A stretch of 62,823 bases of DNA, the filler included, from Chlamydiia bacterium (GTDB lineage: Bacteria > Chlamydiota > Chlamydiia > Chlamydiales > FEN-1388): the NCBI GenBank assembly GCA_903848235.1. It is 9 parts of 9 records of this genome, joined end to end, with 100 filler letters (N's around TTAATTAATTAA, not from the genome) between each part and the next. Parts side by side here need not be neighbours in the genome. Positions count along the whole stretch, not along the records: positions 37,060 to 57,985 come from CAINFV010000272.1; 8 more parts are not named here. The stretch is one strand, 5' to 3'. Below are positions 42,001 to 51,391 of this stretch, in pieces. The notes below the pieces were generated by a model. That model was not told the origin of the DNA. It worked only from the letters and a program-made list of their open reading frames with translations, and made no database searches. The translations under genes were made by a program, and so were the position numbers. Each line of letters opens with the position of its first letter. Position 1 is the stretch's first letter.

Positions 42001-42187
42001 CCAATCGCCGATGGCCATTGCCACCATTGGTGGGTTAGTGACCTCAACGGTGCTGACGCTCATCGTCGTCCCTGTTGTCTATGCCTGTGTTGATAGCCTG
42101 CAAGAGAAGCTTCGCCGGCCAAGAGAGGGTTCGAATGGGTGTGCTGCGGTTGTCACAGCGTGGGATTTGGAGAAGCCGGTTCTTTGA
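39062..42187 (+). CDS. AcrB/AcrD/AcrF-family RND permease
   Basis: IKRPVFT, GILIDDAIVVVENI, KNAILLVD and RLHPILMTT motifs. Confidence 0.96.
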   Translation: MLLSDTAIKRPVFTTMIMLGLTIFGVISLRALGVDLFPRIEVPVITVISVLPGADPNTVETTVSKPIEDALSSISSIKHLRSTSADSVSQVVVEFELEKNIDVAFQEVQSKMSTVRSELPLDLEDPVVEKFDIDSAPIMAVVVAGQQSIQEISHIADKVVKSRLQQVKDVGQIKRVGSRDRTIWVYLDPQKLEGFSISSQEVVTALQAHHIELPGGRIETGPQEFIVKTKAEFNDISAFDDMLIAYRNDYPIHLSDIGYVVDGLEEERSVARLNDQKAVALLVRRQSGTNTVSVANAVKHEVEKLRSELSSQKIALEISQDLSVFIEHSIGEIEFHLVFGGALAVLIVFLFLRNFRITLISALAIPLSVISTFIFMQALGFTMNTMTMLALSLSIGILIDDAIVVVENIYRHFAALPSAKEAARIGTEEIGMAAVAITMSIVAVFLPVAFMKGMIGRFMYQFGMTVAVSVLVSLFVAFTLTPMLASQFLKKETYHGRLSGLIGRAFILLDDAYIAVLKLALRHRTVTIAIACLSLVGALFLGTYVRSEFLPTEDQSEFNIKVKTPLGSSLKATDEVLSRVRGQIEKEPWVQYTFTTIGTDNLAKVNEGVIYVKMADKEKRAITQFQAMERARKKTEDGQGSSFISVDPVMRVSGGGRRVCSIQVDIKGNNLDTVHSIAQTLISSLKGRDGYVDLDLSYDKEKPEVDVVIKRDRAAALGVTPAAIGKTIKTMVGGVEVAKFNDGGDRYDIRVRLQESARSSPEALFNLTVKNSNGELIALENLVEVHAAKGPVQIDRNNRERIISVYVNLVEGKKTLGQGVSEITTILHEMKLPPGYSFQFSGMADVMKESFANLLFALLLAVVVVYMVLASQFESFLYPLIIMVSLPFSIIGAIGGIVLTYSTLNIYTIIGIIMLMGLVTKNAILLVDYTNTLRQNEGLPTVDALLKAGSTRLHPILMTTLAMIFGMLPIALSHGVGSESQSPMAIATIGGLVTSTVLTLIVVPVVYACVDSLQEKLRRPREGSNGCAAVVTAWDLEKPVL

Positions 42188-42482
42188 ATGGTATCAAGGC
42201 TTAAGCCATAAACGTTCTCCATGAAAGTTGACATAGAAAGACATGGCGGTCAAAATTTTTTAGGTTGGCCTCAGTTTTTTCGCTCGAAATATGCTAGCTA
42301 AAAAATGGCTGAAATGTACCTCAAGCCAAAAGAGCTATGGCTCTCTTCTGCTCTTCTTCAAGAAGCAGGTGGGTGGCAAACGGGTCTGCTGTCTTGCTCT
42401 GTGTTGTCAAATCATTATGATTGACTAATCCCGAAATACCTTGCAGAATGGAGATAGTATAATCGAATTGCAAGGAATCTGC

Positions 42483-43718
42483 ATGAAATACTTACGGCGA
42501 CACTTGGAACAGCCGATTCGCGAGGCTGCTACTTATTTTAAGGCGATTCTTCTCTTAGGAGCCCGCCAAGTCGGGAAATCGACCCTCCTCTCCCACTTGT
42601 TCCCCGGGATGAAAAATTTCGTTTTCGATCCCATCCAGGATCTGTACAATGCCAGAAAAGATCCCGATTTATTTTTACAATCATTCCCTCCTCCACTCAT
42701 CTTGGATGAAGTGCAGTATGTGCCTGAATTGCTTGCGGCCCTAAAACGGAGGATGGATCAGACGGATGCCAAGGGGCAGTATTTCCTTACAGGTTCACAA
42801 AATTTGAGTGTGTTGCGTCACGTGGCCGAAAGTATGGCTGGGAGAGTTGCCGTCTTTCATCTCGATTCCTTTACGCCGGAAGAAATTTTAGGTCACGGAG
42901 ACGAATGCGGGTGGCTTCCTCGGTATTTAGAGGAGCCGTCCTGCTTTTATAAAGACAGGCCTAAAATACCGTCGACGTTTTTCCCTCTCACTGAGTTTCT
43001 CTTTCGAGGGACTCTTCCTGGAACAATTGAGCTCCCAACTTCGCAAATTTCAAACTATTTTCGATCCTATCTACAGACGTATGTTGATCGTGACATTCGT
43101 AGCCAAGAAGAGATTCGCCAATTGGCTGAGTTTGATAGATTTTTGGGCTTGAGTGCTTCTTTAACAGCTCAGGAAATCAATTCAGCCCAATTAGGACGAG
43201 AGATCGGAATTGCCCCATCAACTGCACGACGGTGGCTTGATCTCTTTACATTTTCATACCAATGGTTTGAGCTTTCTCCATTCCATGGCAATTCTATAAA
43301 GAGGATTTCGGGAAAGAAAAAGGGATACTTCACAGATTCTGGTTTTGCTTGTTATCTACAGAAAATTGATACGCCAGAGAGTCTTGCAATTCATCCGAGA
43401 CTAGGTGCGATTTTTGAAACATGGGTTGTCAATTGGATTCATCAACAATGTGCATCAATCCCTCTGGAGTCGTTCTGCTACCATTGGAGAACCGCTGGAG
43501 GAGCAGAAGTGGATCTGATCCTGGAAAAAAATGGCGCGCTGTATCCTATAGAAATTAAATGTAAGACCAATCTGACCAAGGCTGATTGCTCAGGGCTGAA
43601 TGCGTTTCGGAAATCCTATCCTCACAGAAAAATCCAACCAGCACTCATCGTATATGCAGGAGCCGAAGTCTACCAGTTGGATGAGCAGACGCTTGCGATC
43701 CCGTGGAGGCTACTATGA
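42483..43718 (+). CDS. AAA_14 ATPase with DUF4143 and C-terminal PD-(D/E)XK-like motif
   Basis: GARQVGKS, LDEVQ, LTGSQ, ESMAGR and EVDLI..IEIK motifs. Confidence 0.9.
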   Translation: MKYLRRHLEQPIREAATYFKAILLLGARQVGKSTLLSHLFPGMKNFVFDPIQDLYNARKDPDLFLQSFPPPLILDEVQYVPELLAALKRRMDQTDAKGQYFLTGSQNLSVLRHVAESMAGRVAVFHLDSFTPEEILGHGDECGWLPRYLEEPSCFYKDRPKIPSTFFPLTEFLFRGTLPGTIELPTSQISNYFRSYLQTYVDRDIRSQEEIRQLAEFDRFLGLSASLTAQEINSAQLGREIGIAPSTARRWLDLFTFSYQWFELSPFHGNSIKRISGKKKGYFTDSGFACYLQKIDTPESLAIHPRLGAIFETWVVNWIHQQCASIPLESFCYHWRTAGGAEVDLILEKNGALYPIEIKCKTNLTKADCSGLNAFRKSYPHRKIQPALIVYAGAEVYQLDEQTLAIPWRLL

Positions 43719-43721
43719 AGG

Positions 43722-43957
43722 GCACTGCTCAAAGCCAGGCCTACCCGCCTTCATCCGATTCTGATGACGACGCTTGCTATGATCTTCGGGATGCTGGCCA
43801 TTGCCACCATTGGTGGGTTAGCTGACGCTCATCGTCGTCCCTGTTGTCTATGCCTGTGTTGATAGTCTGCAAGAGAAGCTTCGCCGGCCAAGGGGGGGTG
43901 CGAATGGGTGTGTTGCGGTTGTCACGGCGCGGGATCTAGAGGAGCCGGTTCTTTGAA
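43722..43957 (+). repeat. Degenerate duplicate of the RND 3' end (41891-42188) with two internal deletions
   Basis: ctacccgccttcatccgattctgatgacgacgcttgctatgatc..gagaagcttcgccggccaag..gccggttctttgaa occurs twice. Confidence 0.93.
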
Positions 43958-46408
43958 AGAGGATGTGGCGAGAAGCTTTTCGAGAATGTAGCGGTCATCA
44001 CCGCTGACGGAGTTTTTTAATTCCTCGATACTTGTTGCTGTAGGAGCTTCCTGTAAGATGCGGATCCACTGTTGCGCTAAGGGGTTACTTTTGCGCTCCT
44101 CTTCAGGAAGTCTTTGAAGAAGTATTGCAAAAGTTTGGATTTTTTCTAGAGGAGTTCCCTCGAGATGTTCGGCGAAGCGGGTTTCAAGTTTCGCGATGAA
44201 AGTCAGGGTTTGATAGGAAACTGGCGTGGCCAGCGGATCTCCGAGCCTGCTTTGAAATTCTAGGTTTTCAGGAACCTTTCCCTCTATCTGTCGAACACCA
44301 GCCTCTACAAAGCGTGCTACAGGCTCCACGACACGATAATCGCGATTCATATAGATAGAGATGACCGTGGACCCTCCTTCTGAAAACCCTGTCCCTGCAG
44401 CTGTCACAGCGATCTCCCGCTTCTTTTTAACTTCTTGCTCTCTCTCCTCTAGAACTTTTTTATCCACCCCTCGTCTTGAGCGCCATTTTTGAATTGATTG
44501 AAGCGCCCGTGTTAGCATCGTAGGTTTTGGCGGTGTTGGCAGCGGCATGGCGCGGTCTCCAGTTTTTGCCGTAATCCAGTCTCCTTTTTCTTTTCTTCCA
44601 AAACTCATATCTCCAAAGTCGGCACCAGCTTGTGCGGAACCAGGTTTTGCCGTGACTCCAACACTATTGACAGCGCTGGCGCCGATGAAAACGTGGATTG
44701 CGATACTTCCGTCATCGTGGCGAACCATCATGACCTTACGATCGTTTGTGGCAAGGATGCTAGGCTCCTGTCGAACGGCTTTTGTGGAGACAGACCCTAG
44801 CGTCGATCCAGCAATATTGAAAGTTGATTTTTTTTGTACGCCAGTGGGGCTTGCAAGTTCCTCTTCCTGAAAGTGTTTTTCCAAGGCCCGAAGTTGATTC
44901 AGTTGGTTTTTTTCTTCATCAGACAGAGGTTCTCCCAGGCGTTCCCTCTGTTCTATTTCTTTGTGTAGAACTGCGCAGCATTCAGCTCTGCTGAGGACCG
45001 TTTCATTAGCTGTAGCACTATAGCGATGAACATCGGCGGGGGCGAGCCGCTGAATGACCATTGTCGTATCGTGATGGTCGACCATAGACGAGAGCATTCC
45101 TAAGAGAGCGCCCTGTGCTATTGAATCTGTATCTTGTTTTTTTTTGGGATCTTGTAGCCCCTCTTCTTGTGGGCCATAACCCCCAAGTAAGTCGTGAATT
45201 GTAAAAGGAGATCTTTGGGCGTAGGCGTCTTCAGGCTTTTCGGCGAGTTCTGCCTCTGGAGGAGAGGAAGGACTGAGGACTTTACCTCTAATAGATCTCT
45301 CATCGTCAATAGACCCGGCCTTGCAAGGAATGACGGAAACCCGAGAGAAGGAATTTACACATACGACCTGGCTGGCTGCATCTCCAGTTGTTTTTCGGAC
45401 ATCTGCTTGGAGCGCCCGATACCCTGTTTTTGTGAGAATGAGTTCTTGGGATTCTGGTGTGAGAGATCGTGTGAATGATTCGTGGTAGCTCTTTGCTTCG
45501 CGGATATCGTATCCAAACAGTTCTGAAAAGCTATACAGTTCACCGCCAATGTCCATCCAAAGGTCAATATGGAGGTTTTTGAAAAATTTAACTGTTTTCA
45601 GAACGTCTTGCACGAGTTTTCCTGACCGAAACCTGATTTCAGCAACCAGTGTCACCACCTTTTCCATTTGAAGGCGGCCTTTAAAATGATGTCGGTACAT
45701 GTAATCAATCATTTTGCCCATGGGCGCTGGCTCTAGATGTAAGTCTCCGGAGGAGACGAGCTGAGCAACCTCTTCGTGAGTCAATGGGCCTTTCCCTTTA
45801 GCGTCCTTTGTTTTCTGAGCATCTTCAATTTTCAACGTTAGATCTGCCAGAGTTTGATAATCGGCTAGCAAAATAGCTTGTTGGCTTGACTGAGCTAAGG
45901 CAAGTTTGCTGGGTTTTGTAGCCTGTTCTATCGCGTGAGCTTGAACGGGATCTGGGGGGCTCCTGGAGACTTTTATCCTCGATAGGCCGAGGGGAACGAT
46001 TGACTCCCCAGTACTAAAAGCTGTGTTATAGGCTTCTAGAAGGTCTGATGCTCGAAGAAGTCCTTTTTTGCTTGTATCTTTACGAGCTAAGTCGAATTCT
46101 GAAGCTATGTTGCCATAGATAGTTTTAAGGCGCTCTATCTGAGCCGCTTTCACTGCTTCGTCTTGGATTCCTGAAATTTCTTTGTGGATTTCAAGAAGAA
46201 CGCTCTTTAAATCTTTCGCTGCGACCGAGGAATGAGGAGATCTCCCAAAGAGTGATGATGCTCGTTGCTGTAAAGAACTAAATTGTCTCCTTATAACACT
46301 GAAGGAGCGCCCTCCCTGGACAGCTTTTTGCTCCGGCGGACCTTTTTCCCATTCAGAAAGTCTGTCAACGGGTGTCTCTGGATGGGGGGCAGGGGTTGTT
46401 AATGCCAT
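43922..46408 (-). CDS. Large hypothetical protein (candidate effector)
   Basis: 828-aa ORF, P/S-rich N-terminus, no motif recognised. Confidence 0.65.
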   Translation of the reverse strand: MALTTPAPHPETPVDRLSEWEKGPPEQKAVQGGRSFSVIRRQFSSLQQRASSLFGRSPHSSVAAKDLKSVLLEIHKEISGIQDEAVKAAQIERLKTIYGNIASEFDLARKDTSKKGLLRASDLLEAYNTAFSTGESIVPLGLSRIKVSRSPPDPVQAHAIEQATKPSKLALAQSSQQAILLADYQTLADLTLKIEDAQKTKDAKGKGPLTHEEVAQLVSSGDLHLEPAPMGKMIDYMYRHHFKGRLQMEKVVTLVAEIRFRSGKLVQDVLKTVKFFKNLHIDLWMDIGGELYSFSELFGYDIREAKSYHESFTRSLTPESQELILTKTGYRALQADVRKTTGDAASQVVCVNSFSRVSVIPCKAGSIDDERSIRGKVLSPSSPPEAELAEKPEDAYAQRSPFTIHDLLGGYGPQEEGLQDPKKKQDTDSIAQGALLGMLSSMVDHHDTTMVIQRLAPADVHRYSATANETVLSRAECCAVLHKEIEQRERLGEPLSDEEKNQLNQLRALEKHFQEEELASPTGVQKKSTFNIAGSTLGSVSTKAVRQEPSILATNDRKVMMVRHDDGSIAIHVFIGASAVNSVGVTAKPGSAQAGADFGDMSFGRKEKGDWITAKTGDRAMPLPTPPKPTMLTRALQSIQKWRSRRGVDKKVLEEREQEVKKKREIAVTAAGTGFSEGGSTVISIYMNRDYRVVEPVARFVEAGVRQIEGKVPENLEFQSRLGDPLATPVSYQTLTFIAKLETRFAEHLEGTPLEKIQTFAILLQRLPEEERKSNPLAQQWIRILQEAPTATSIEELKNSVSGDDRYILEKLLATSSFKEPAPLDPAP

Positions 46409-46568
46409 AAAAAGTTCTCTTTAATATTTAACACTACGCAACTGATGGGTACCAGAACGGCTCTTTGTAGAAAAGGAGGAAGATTGAATGGAATTGCTTT
46501 GAAGATCGTATCGTTAGCTAGGATCGTATGAGGCTATGAGACGGTTTGTTAGCGCATGAAACTCAGAG

Positions 46569-48392
46569 TTAAAACTCTTCTTGATATTCGCTTTTCTTAG
46601 CTTCGTATTGATCGCCAAGCTCCAAGAGCCTTTCAAAGAGTCGTTCTATCTCCTTGGTTCGTTTGCCGATGCCGATCAGCAGCTCTTGCATAGTGCCAGA
46701 GGCACCACTCTCTGCTGTTTGTTCTAAAAGCAGCTGATCTCTCTTCTGCTCTTCTTCGAGGACGATGATAGATTTTTCGAGCTGTTGCATCTCGTCTTTA
46801 ATGGGCTTCAGCGCTTTTGAGCGCGAGGCAACCAGCTCGGCTCGCTTTCGTTTCTCTTCTCCGCGGTCGATTGCTTTTACCTTCGGTTTTTCCGAAGAAG
46901 TTTCTTCTTGCCAGCCCACCTTCTCGAGGAACTCCTGGTAGCCGCCCATATAGGTCTGCTGTGCAGCGGCATGGCAGACGATGAGGGTGTGTAGTTCCAG
47001 GCGCTGGAGAATCAGTTCGCTATGCGTCACGATGATGACCGTGCCGCTGAACTCATCGATAGCGTCGATAAGCGCCTCGACAGATTCTACATCCAGGTGA
47101 TGGGTGGGCTCATCGAGGAGGAGGAGGTTGCAGGGCTTGGCAAGGATTTTCCCAAGAAGGACACGGCTCTTCTCGCCGCCGGATAAAACACCGATCCTCT
47201 TCTCGGCTTGGTTGCCGCGAAACATCATCTGTGCGCAGATCCTCCGCACTTCGGTGAAGGGCAGGGCAGGGTTGGCAGCTGCGATTTCTGCTTCGATGGT
47301 GAGGTTGTCATTCAGCCGTTGGATATTTGTCTGGCCAAAATAGCCCATTGATATCTGGTCTGAAAAGACGACATCTCCATGCTGAGGTTTGAGCTCCTGT
47401 GCGAGCAGACGGAGGAGCGTTGATTTGCCATAGCCATTTTTCCCGATGATGGCGAGGCGCTCTCCTTTGCCGATGACAAAGGAGAGGTTGTTGATCAGAG
47501 GCCCCTTTTCGCTGTGGTACGAAAAGCTAAGCTCTTTTACCTCTCCCATTTTCTTCCCTTGAAATGGAGCTACATGGAAGGAGAAGTCAAGATCTTCGAT
47601 TGCCTTGAGGGCTTCTAATGCAGGGATTTTTTCTAACATCTTCTTGCGGGACTGCGCTTGCGCGGCTTTTGAGGCTTTTGCGCCTAGTCTTTCAACGAAG
47701 GCCTGCATATGAGACCGCTTTTTATCAAGCGACTCTCGTGTTTTCTCATACGACTCTTCTTCAAGAAGCAGGGGGGCGAAAAGGTCTGCTGTCTTGCCCT
47801 GTACCTTTTTGACTCTGTTGCGATGGATGCCTAAGGTATGTGTTGAGGTGCTGTCTAAAAATTCTCTGTCGTGGGAGACGACGATGAGCTCTCCTGTCCA
47901 CTTCTGGAGGAAACGCGTGAGAAACCGCATTGAGAGGATGTCTAAGTAGTTGGTAGGTTCGTCGAGGAGGAGGCAATTTGGCTCTGAGAGCAGAACCTTG
48001 GCAAGGTGGAGTCGCAGGTGAAAGCCGCCAGAGAGCTTGTCGGTAGGTAGTGCGACCATCTCTTCGTTGAATCCGAGGCCAAAGAGGATTTTCTCGGCTT
48101 TATAGAGGCATTCCCTCTCGTCCTCTCGAAGCCCTAATGCTGCTTCTTCGATGACAGTAGGGCGAGAGAAGCGAATGTGCTGGTCAAGATAACCAAGGCG
48201 ATATCCTTTTGGCATGCATATGGCACCGCTATCTGGTGTTTCCGTGCCGATGATCAGGCGGAGCAGTGTTGTCTTTCCACTGCCGTTTCTTCCTATAAGG
48301 CTGCACCGTTCACCGGGATTAATAGTGAAAGAGACGTTGGTAAAAAGCGTCTGGTCGCCATGGGACATCGACACGTCATTGATTTGAATCAT
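46569..48392 (-). CDS. ABC-F family ATPase
   Basis: Two ABC domains (GRNGSGKT/LSGG/LLLDEPTN and GKNGYGKS/LSGGE/LDEPT), no TM segment, C-terminal coiled coil. Confidence 0.93.
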   Translation of the reverse strand: MIQINDVSMSHGDQTLFTNVSFTINPGERCSLIGRNGSGKTTLLRLIIGTETPDSGAICMPKGYRLGYLDQHIRFSRPTVIEEAALGLREDERECLYKAEKILFGLGFNEEMVALPTDKLSGGFHLRLHLAKVLLSEPNCLLLDEPTNYLDILSMRFLTRFLQKWTGELIVVSHDREFLDSTSTHTLGIHRNRVKKVQGKTADLFAPLLLEEESYEKTRESLDKKRSHMQAFVERLGAKASKAAQAQSRKKMLEKIPALEALKAIEDLDFSFHVAPFQGKKMGEVKELSFSYHSEKGPLINNLSFVIGKGERLAIIGKNGYGKSTLLRLLAQELKPQHGDVVFSDQISMGYFGQTNIQRLNDNLTIEAEIAAANPALPFTEVRRICAQMMFRGNQAEKRIGVLSGGEKSRVLLGKILAKPCNLLLLDEPTHHLDVESVEALIDAIDEFSGTVIIVTHSELILQRLELHTLIVCHAAAQQTYMGGYQEFLEKVGWQEETSSEKPKVKAIDRGEEKRKRAELVASRSKALKPIKDEMQQLEKSIIVLEEEQKRDQLLLEQTAESGASGTMQELLIGIGKRTKEIERLFERLLELGDQYEAKKSEYQEEF

Positions 48393-48466
48393 ACTCTTGT
48401 TCTTTCAGGATACCATGATGAGGAAACAGCCATACAAAGAGGGTGAGTATAGCATTCTTCGATCAT

Positions 48467-49921
48467 TTACGGGGATTGAAGTACCTCTTTTACCGCCGCC
48501 AGCATTCGAATTTTCCCTGCTCCGGTTTCGTCAACTGGTTCAAATCCGCGCCTTTGGTACAACGGTTTCTCCTCTTGATTTCCCTTTACATAGAGCCATT
48601 TTTTCCCTAACAGTGCACACGTCTTTCCTGTGTGAGAGACTAAGGCGTCCCAGGCTTGAACTGATTTTTGTGCATCAGATGAGCTTTCGGAAGAAAAAAC
48701 AACTTCTGGGTTGAGAACGATACTTTTGATAACGATAAAATTCTTCTGCCTAGATACATGGGCAATTCCTTGGATCAAAGAGGATTTATCGGTACAGGCA
48801 AAAATAGTATCGCTTTTGGAATCAACCTTTTCTAGTCGTCGTTTGGCTTGTGAAATCAGCTTTTTCTCTGCCTTTATCATCGCTTTTTCTTGAGGTTGCA
48901 AGTTGGAATTGCCGAGCAGCGTGTGGCAGCTCTTTTTCCAGTCCAGGAGTGCTTCTGTGATATGCTGGATAGTTTTTTGAGGTTGATTTTTTTTCTTAGC
49001 AGGAGGTGTTCGATGGGAGAGTGAGCGTCTGTGCGACTGAGAGACGAGACGTTTTCTTTGACAGAGTAGATGTTGGAGACGGCCTATACGGAGTCTTTTG
49101 GGGCGAATCAACGTGTGGATGGCGATCTTGGATGAAGCTGGTGGTTGATTGGTATCTATTTCTTCAGAAGTGGGTGTTAAAGTCCTTTGGCTTGAAGTTG
49201 TTTCTTCGTCCACATCGGGGGTTAAAGAGGCTCCATCGACCATTAGTGTGGAGAGTAGGGGAGGTGTTTGTACTTTTCTTGCGGATAAGAACATAGCTGA
49301 TAAGGAGGATGCGGTTGGATCAATTGCTTCAAAACCACAGTGTTCATAAAATCCTTTTGCGGCATCGAGTGCTTTTAGGAATACCCCTTCCTTTCCTTCT
49401 GATAGGCATGTTCGTGCGCTTTCGGCAATAAGGGCTGTTCCCACGCCAGGAACCCTTGGTGTCGTGCTTGTATTGATAGCTCCCCGAATATTGTCCGGGT
49501 TTGCTACCAGATCTTGCACAATAAGGAATCTATTTGTTTTATCGATTATTGCAACGCCTTGAATTTTTGAGGAGTTGCTTTCGACACAAAGAAGAATTGA
49601 TTTGTTTGGGCTGGAATGCTGATTCTGTACATTCTGATGCAAAATTTTGCACATCATTTTTGTGTCTTTTACGGTGCTTTTTCCTTCGCTATGAGGTTGT
49701 GCTGTGGAAAGTATGTCGTAGCATTTCCTTTTCCATTCGCTGAGAATTGTCCGTATACGCTCGATTTCAGGTGGTGTCATTGTTGAGGAGTTGAAGGCCT
49801 GAACTGTGAGTCGTGGCGGGGCGGTAGTGGGCTCCGTGCGTGGGGGTGGCGCTAGATCCTGTCGAGAATCTTGTATTGAAAGGGAGGTGTTATGAAAATG
49901 TTGCTTTTCAACTGTAGTCAT
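48467..49921 (-). CDS. Tandem GNAT-domain protein, candidate effector
   Basis: VPGVGTALI..GFYEHCGF and a second degenerate copy ending LYQRRGFE; start at MTTVEK. Confidence 0.7.
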   Translation of the reverse strand: MTTVEKQHFHNTSLSIQDSRQDLAPPPRTEPTTAPPRLTVQAFNSSTMTPPEIERIRTILSEWKRKCYDILSTAQPHSEGKSTVKDTKMMCKILHQNVQNQHSSPNKSILLCVESNSSKIQGVAIIDKTNRFLIVQDLVANPDNIRGAINTSTTPRVPGVGTALIAESARTCLSEGKEGVFLKALDAAKGFYEHCGFEAIDPTASSLSAMFLSARKVQTPPLLSTLMVDGASLTPDVDEETTSSQRTLTPTSEEIDTNQPPASSKIAIHTLIRPKRLRIGRLQHLLCQRKRLVSQSHRRSLSHRTPPAKKKNQPQKTIQHITEALLDWKKSCHTLLGNSNLQPQEKAMIKAEKKLISQAKRRLEKVDSKSDTIFACTDKSSLIQGIAHVSRQKNFIVIKSIVLNPEVVFSSESSSDAQKSVQAWDALVSHTGKTCALLGKKWLYVKGNQEEKPLYQRRGFEPVDETGAGKIRMLAAVKEVLQSP

Positions 49922-50313
49922 GAACTTGATCCTTATAGAATAGATGTATTGTTTAATTAGGTTTTGTTGAATTTGAGACAATAACATAAAGCGAAAGTTT
50001 TTGTAAATAATTCGCAATTGTTTTCAACATGCTAAATCGGCGTAATGGTGTGCGTGATATTTTGTCGTGTTGATTTTTATCTTGACATGAGGCTAGGTAT
50101 TCATGACTTTTGAAATAGCAGTTTGAACTGGACTTTGCAAATTTTTTGGACTCATCTTCGGTGAGAAGCTTCCCACAGCTAAATGAATTTCTCAGGAAGG
50201 GTAAAAATGCCCATCCCCTATAAAATTCATTACGCTGTGGTTTGCTTCTCCCTCGAATATGGGTCCAAAAAATTTGCAAAGTCGAGTTTGAAGTGTCCAT
50301 ACTGGAGGAGTGC

Positions 50314-50736
50314 ATGATGCAGTATCGATTTGATGGAAAGAAGGTTGATCTGACAGAGAAAGAATGGAAAGATCGATTGACGTCCGAAGAGTTTGAGGTG
50401 TTGCGAAAGCAGGGCACCGAACCTGCCTTTCAAAATGCCTATTATGACAACAAGCAGCACGGCATTTACAGGTGTGCTGGATGTGGGCTTCCTCTGTATA
50501 GCTCAGACGCCAAGTACGACTCGGGGACTGGGTGGCCAAGCTTTTGGAAGCCTCTGTCCGAGGAAAATATCACGCTTCATGAGGACAGAAAATTGTCAAC
50601 ACGTAGGGCAGAAGTAGTCTGCAGTCGTTGCGGAGGACACTTGGGGCACCTGTTCGATGATGGCCCTGCGCCTACTGGCAAGCGTTTTTGCATGAACTCT
50701 GCAGCGCTGAAAATTGAGCCAACGAAAGAGAGTTAG
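50314..50736 (+). CDS. msrB: Methionine-R-sulfoxide reductase
   Basis: GTEPAF, SGTGWPSF, HLGHLFDDGP and RFCMNS motifs. Confidence 0.96.
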   Translation: MMQYRFDGKKVDLTEKEWKDRLTSEEFEVLRKQGTEPAFQNAYYDNKQHGIYRCAGCGLPLYSSDAKYDSGTGWPSFWKPLSEENITLHEDRKLSTRRAEVVCSRCGGHLGHLFDDGPAPTGKRFCMNSAALKIEPTKES

Positions 50737-50747
50737 GAGTGCATTCT

Positions 50748-51287
50748 TTACTTTTCCCAAATTTCTTTGAGGCGACGATCGCGCCCTGAGCCGGCATGAT
50801 ACAGTTCGTATCTCGTGGGTGACTTTTGGTAGTATTTTTGGTGATAGTCTTCCGCTGGAAAAAAGGGCGAGGCAGGGAGGATGTCGACCAGCACATGAGC
50901 TACGACATTGGACTCTATGAGTGCTCGTTTGGACGCCAAGGCTTCTTGGTGTTGTCGTTCATTATGATAGAAGATGATGGGCCGATATTGCGATCCTATA
51001 TCACAAAATTGGCCTTTCTGCGTCGTTGGATCAATGCTTCGCCAATAGATGTCAAGGAGCTGACGGAAAGTGATTTTCGAAGGATCGAACTCAATCTGAA
51101 GTGCCTCCACATGTCCCGTGGCTCCAGAACACACCTCTTTGTAGGAGGGGTGTTTCATCGCCCCACCGGTGTATCCAGCGATTGTTGAGATAATGCCTCG
51201 AACACGGTCAAACTCATGCTGAGTACACCAAAAACATCCCCCGGCAAAGGTCGCTACTTCTGATTGGATGACATCTTTTTCACTCAT
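50748..51287 (-). CDS. msrA: Methionine-S-sulfoxide reductase
   Basis: FAGGCFWC, GYTGG and AEDYHQKY motifs. Confidence 0.96.
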   Translation of the reverse strand: MSEKDVIQSEVATFAGGCFWCTQHEFDRVRGIISTIAGYTGGAMKHPSYKEVCSGATGHVEALQIEFDPSKITFRQLLDIYWRSIDPTTQKGQFCDIGSQYRPIIFYHNERQHQEALASKRALIESNVVAHVLVDILPASPFFPAEDYHQKYYQKSPTRYELYHAGSGRDRRLKEIWEK

Positions 51288-51331
51288 AACATTTTTTCAC
51301 GATAGGTTTTTAAAAAAGTGGCGTAGGAGGA

Positions 51332-51373
51332 AGGCTGTCATCCCCTTTAGCAAAACAGAAGGGATGACAGCCT
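51332..51373. terminator. Stem-loop between the ferritin-like gene and msrA
   Basis: AGGCTGTCATCCC..GGGATGACAGCCT, 13-bp perfect stem; no clear U-tract. Confidence 0.45.
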
Positions 51374-51391
51374 AAGGTGTATGCGAGAAGG

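Noticed and set aside
41891..43957. Template/variable repeat pair of a diversity-generating retroelement
   Set aside because: Differences include deletions and are not adenine-specific; no reverse transcriptase nearby
50128..50149. ctggactttgcaaattttttgg resembling the MITE-A end
   Set aside because: Too short and degenerate to call
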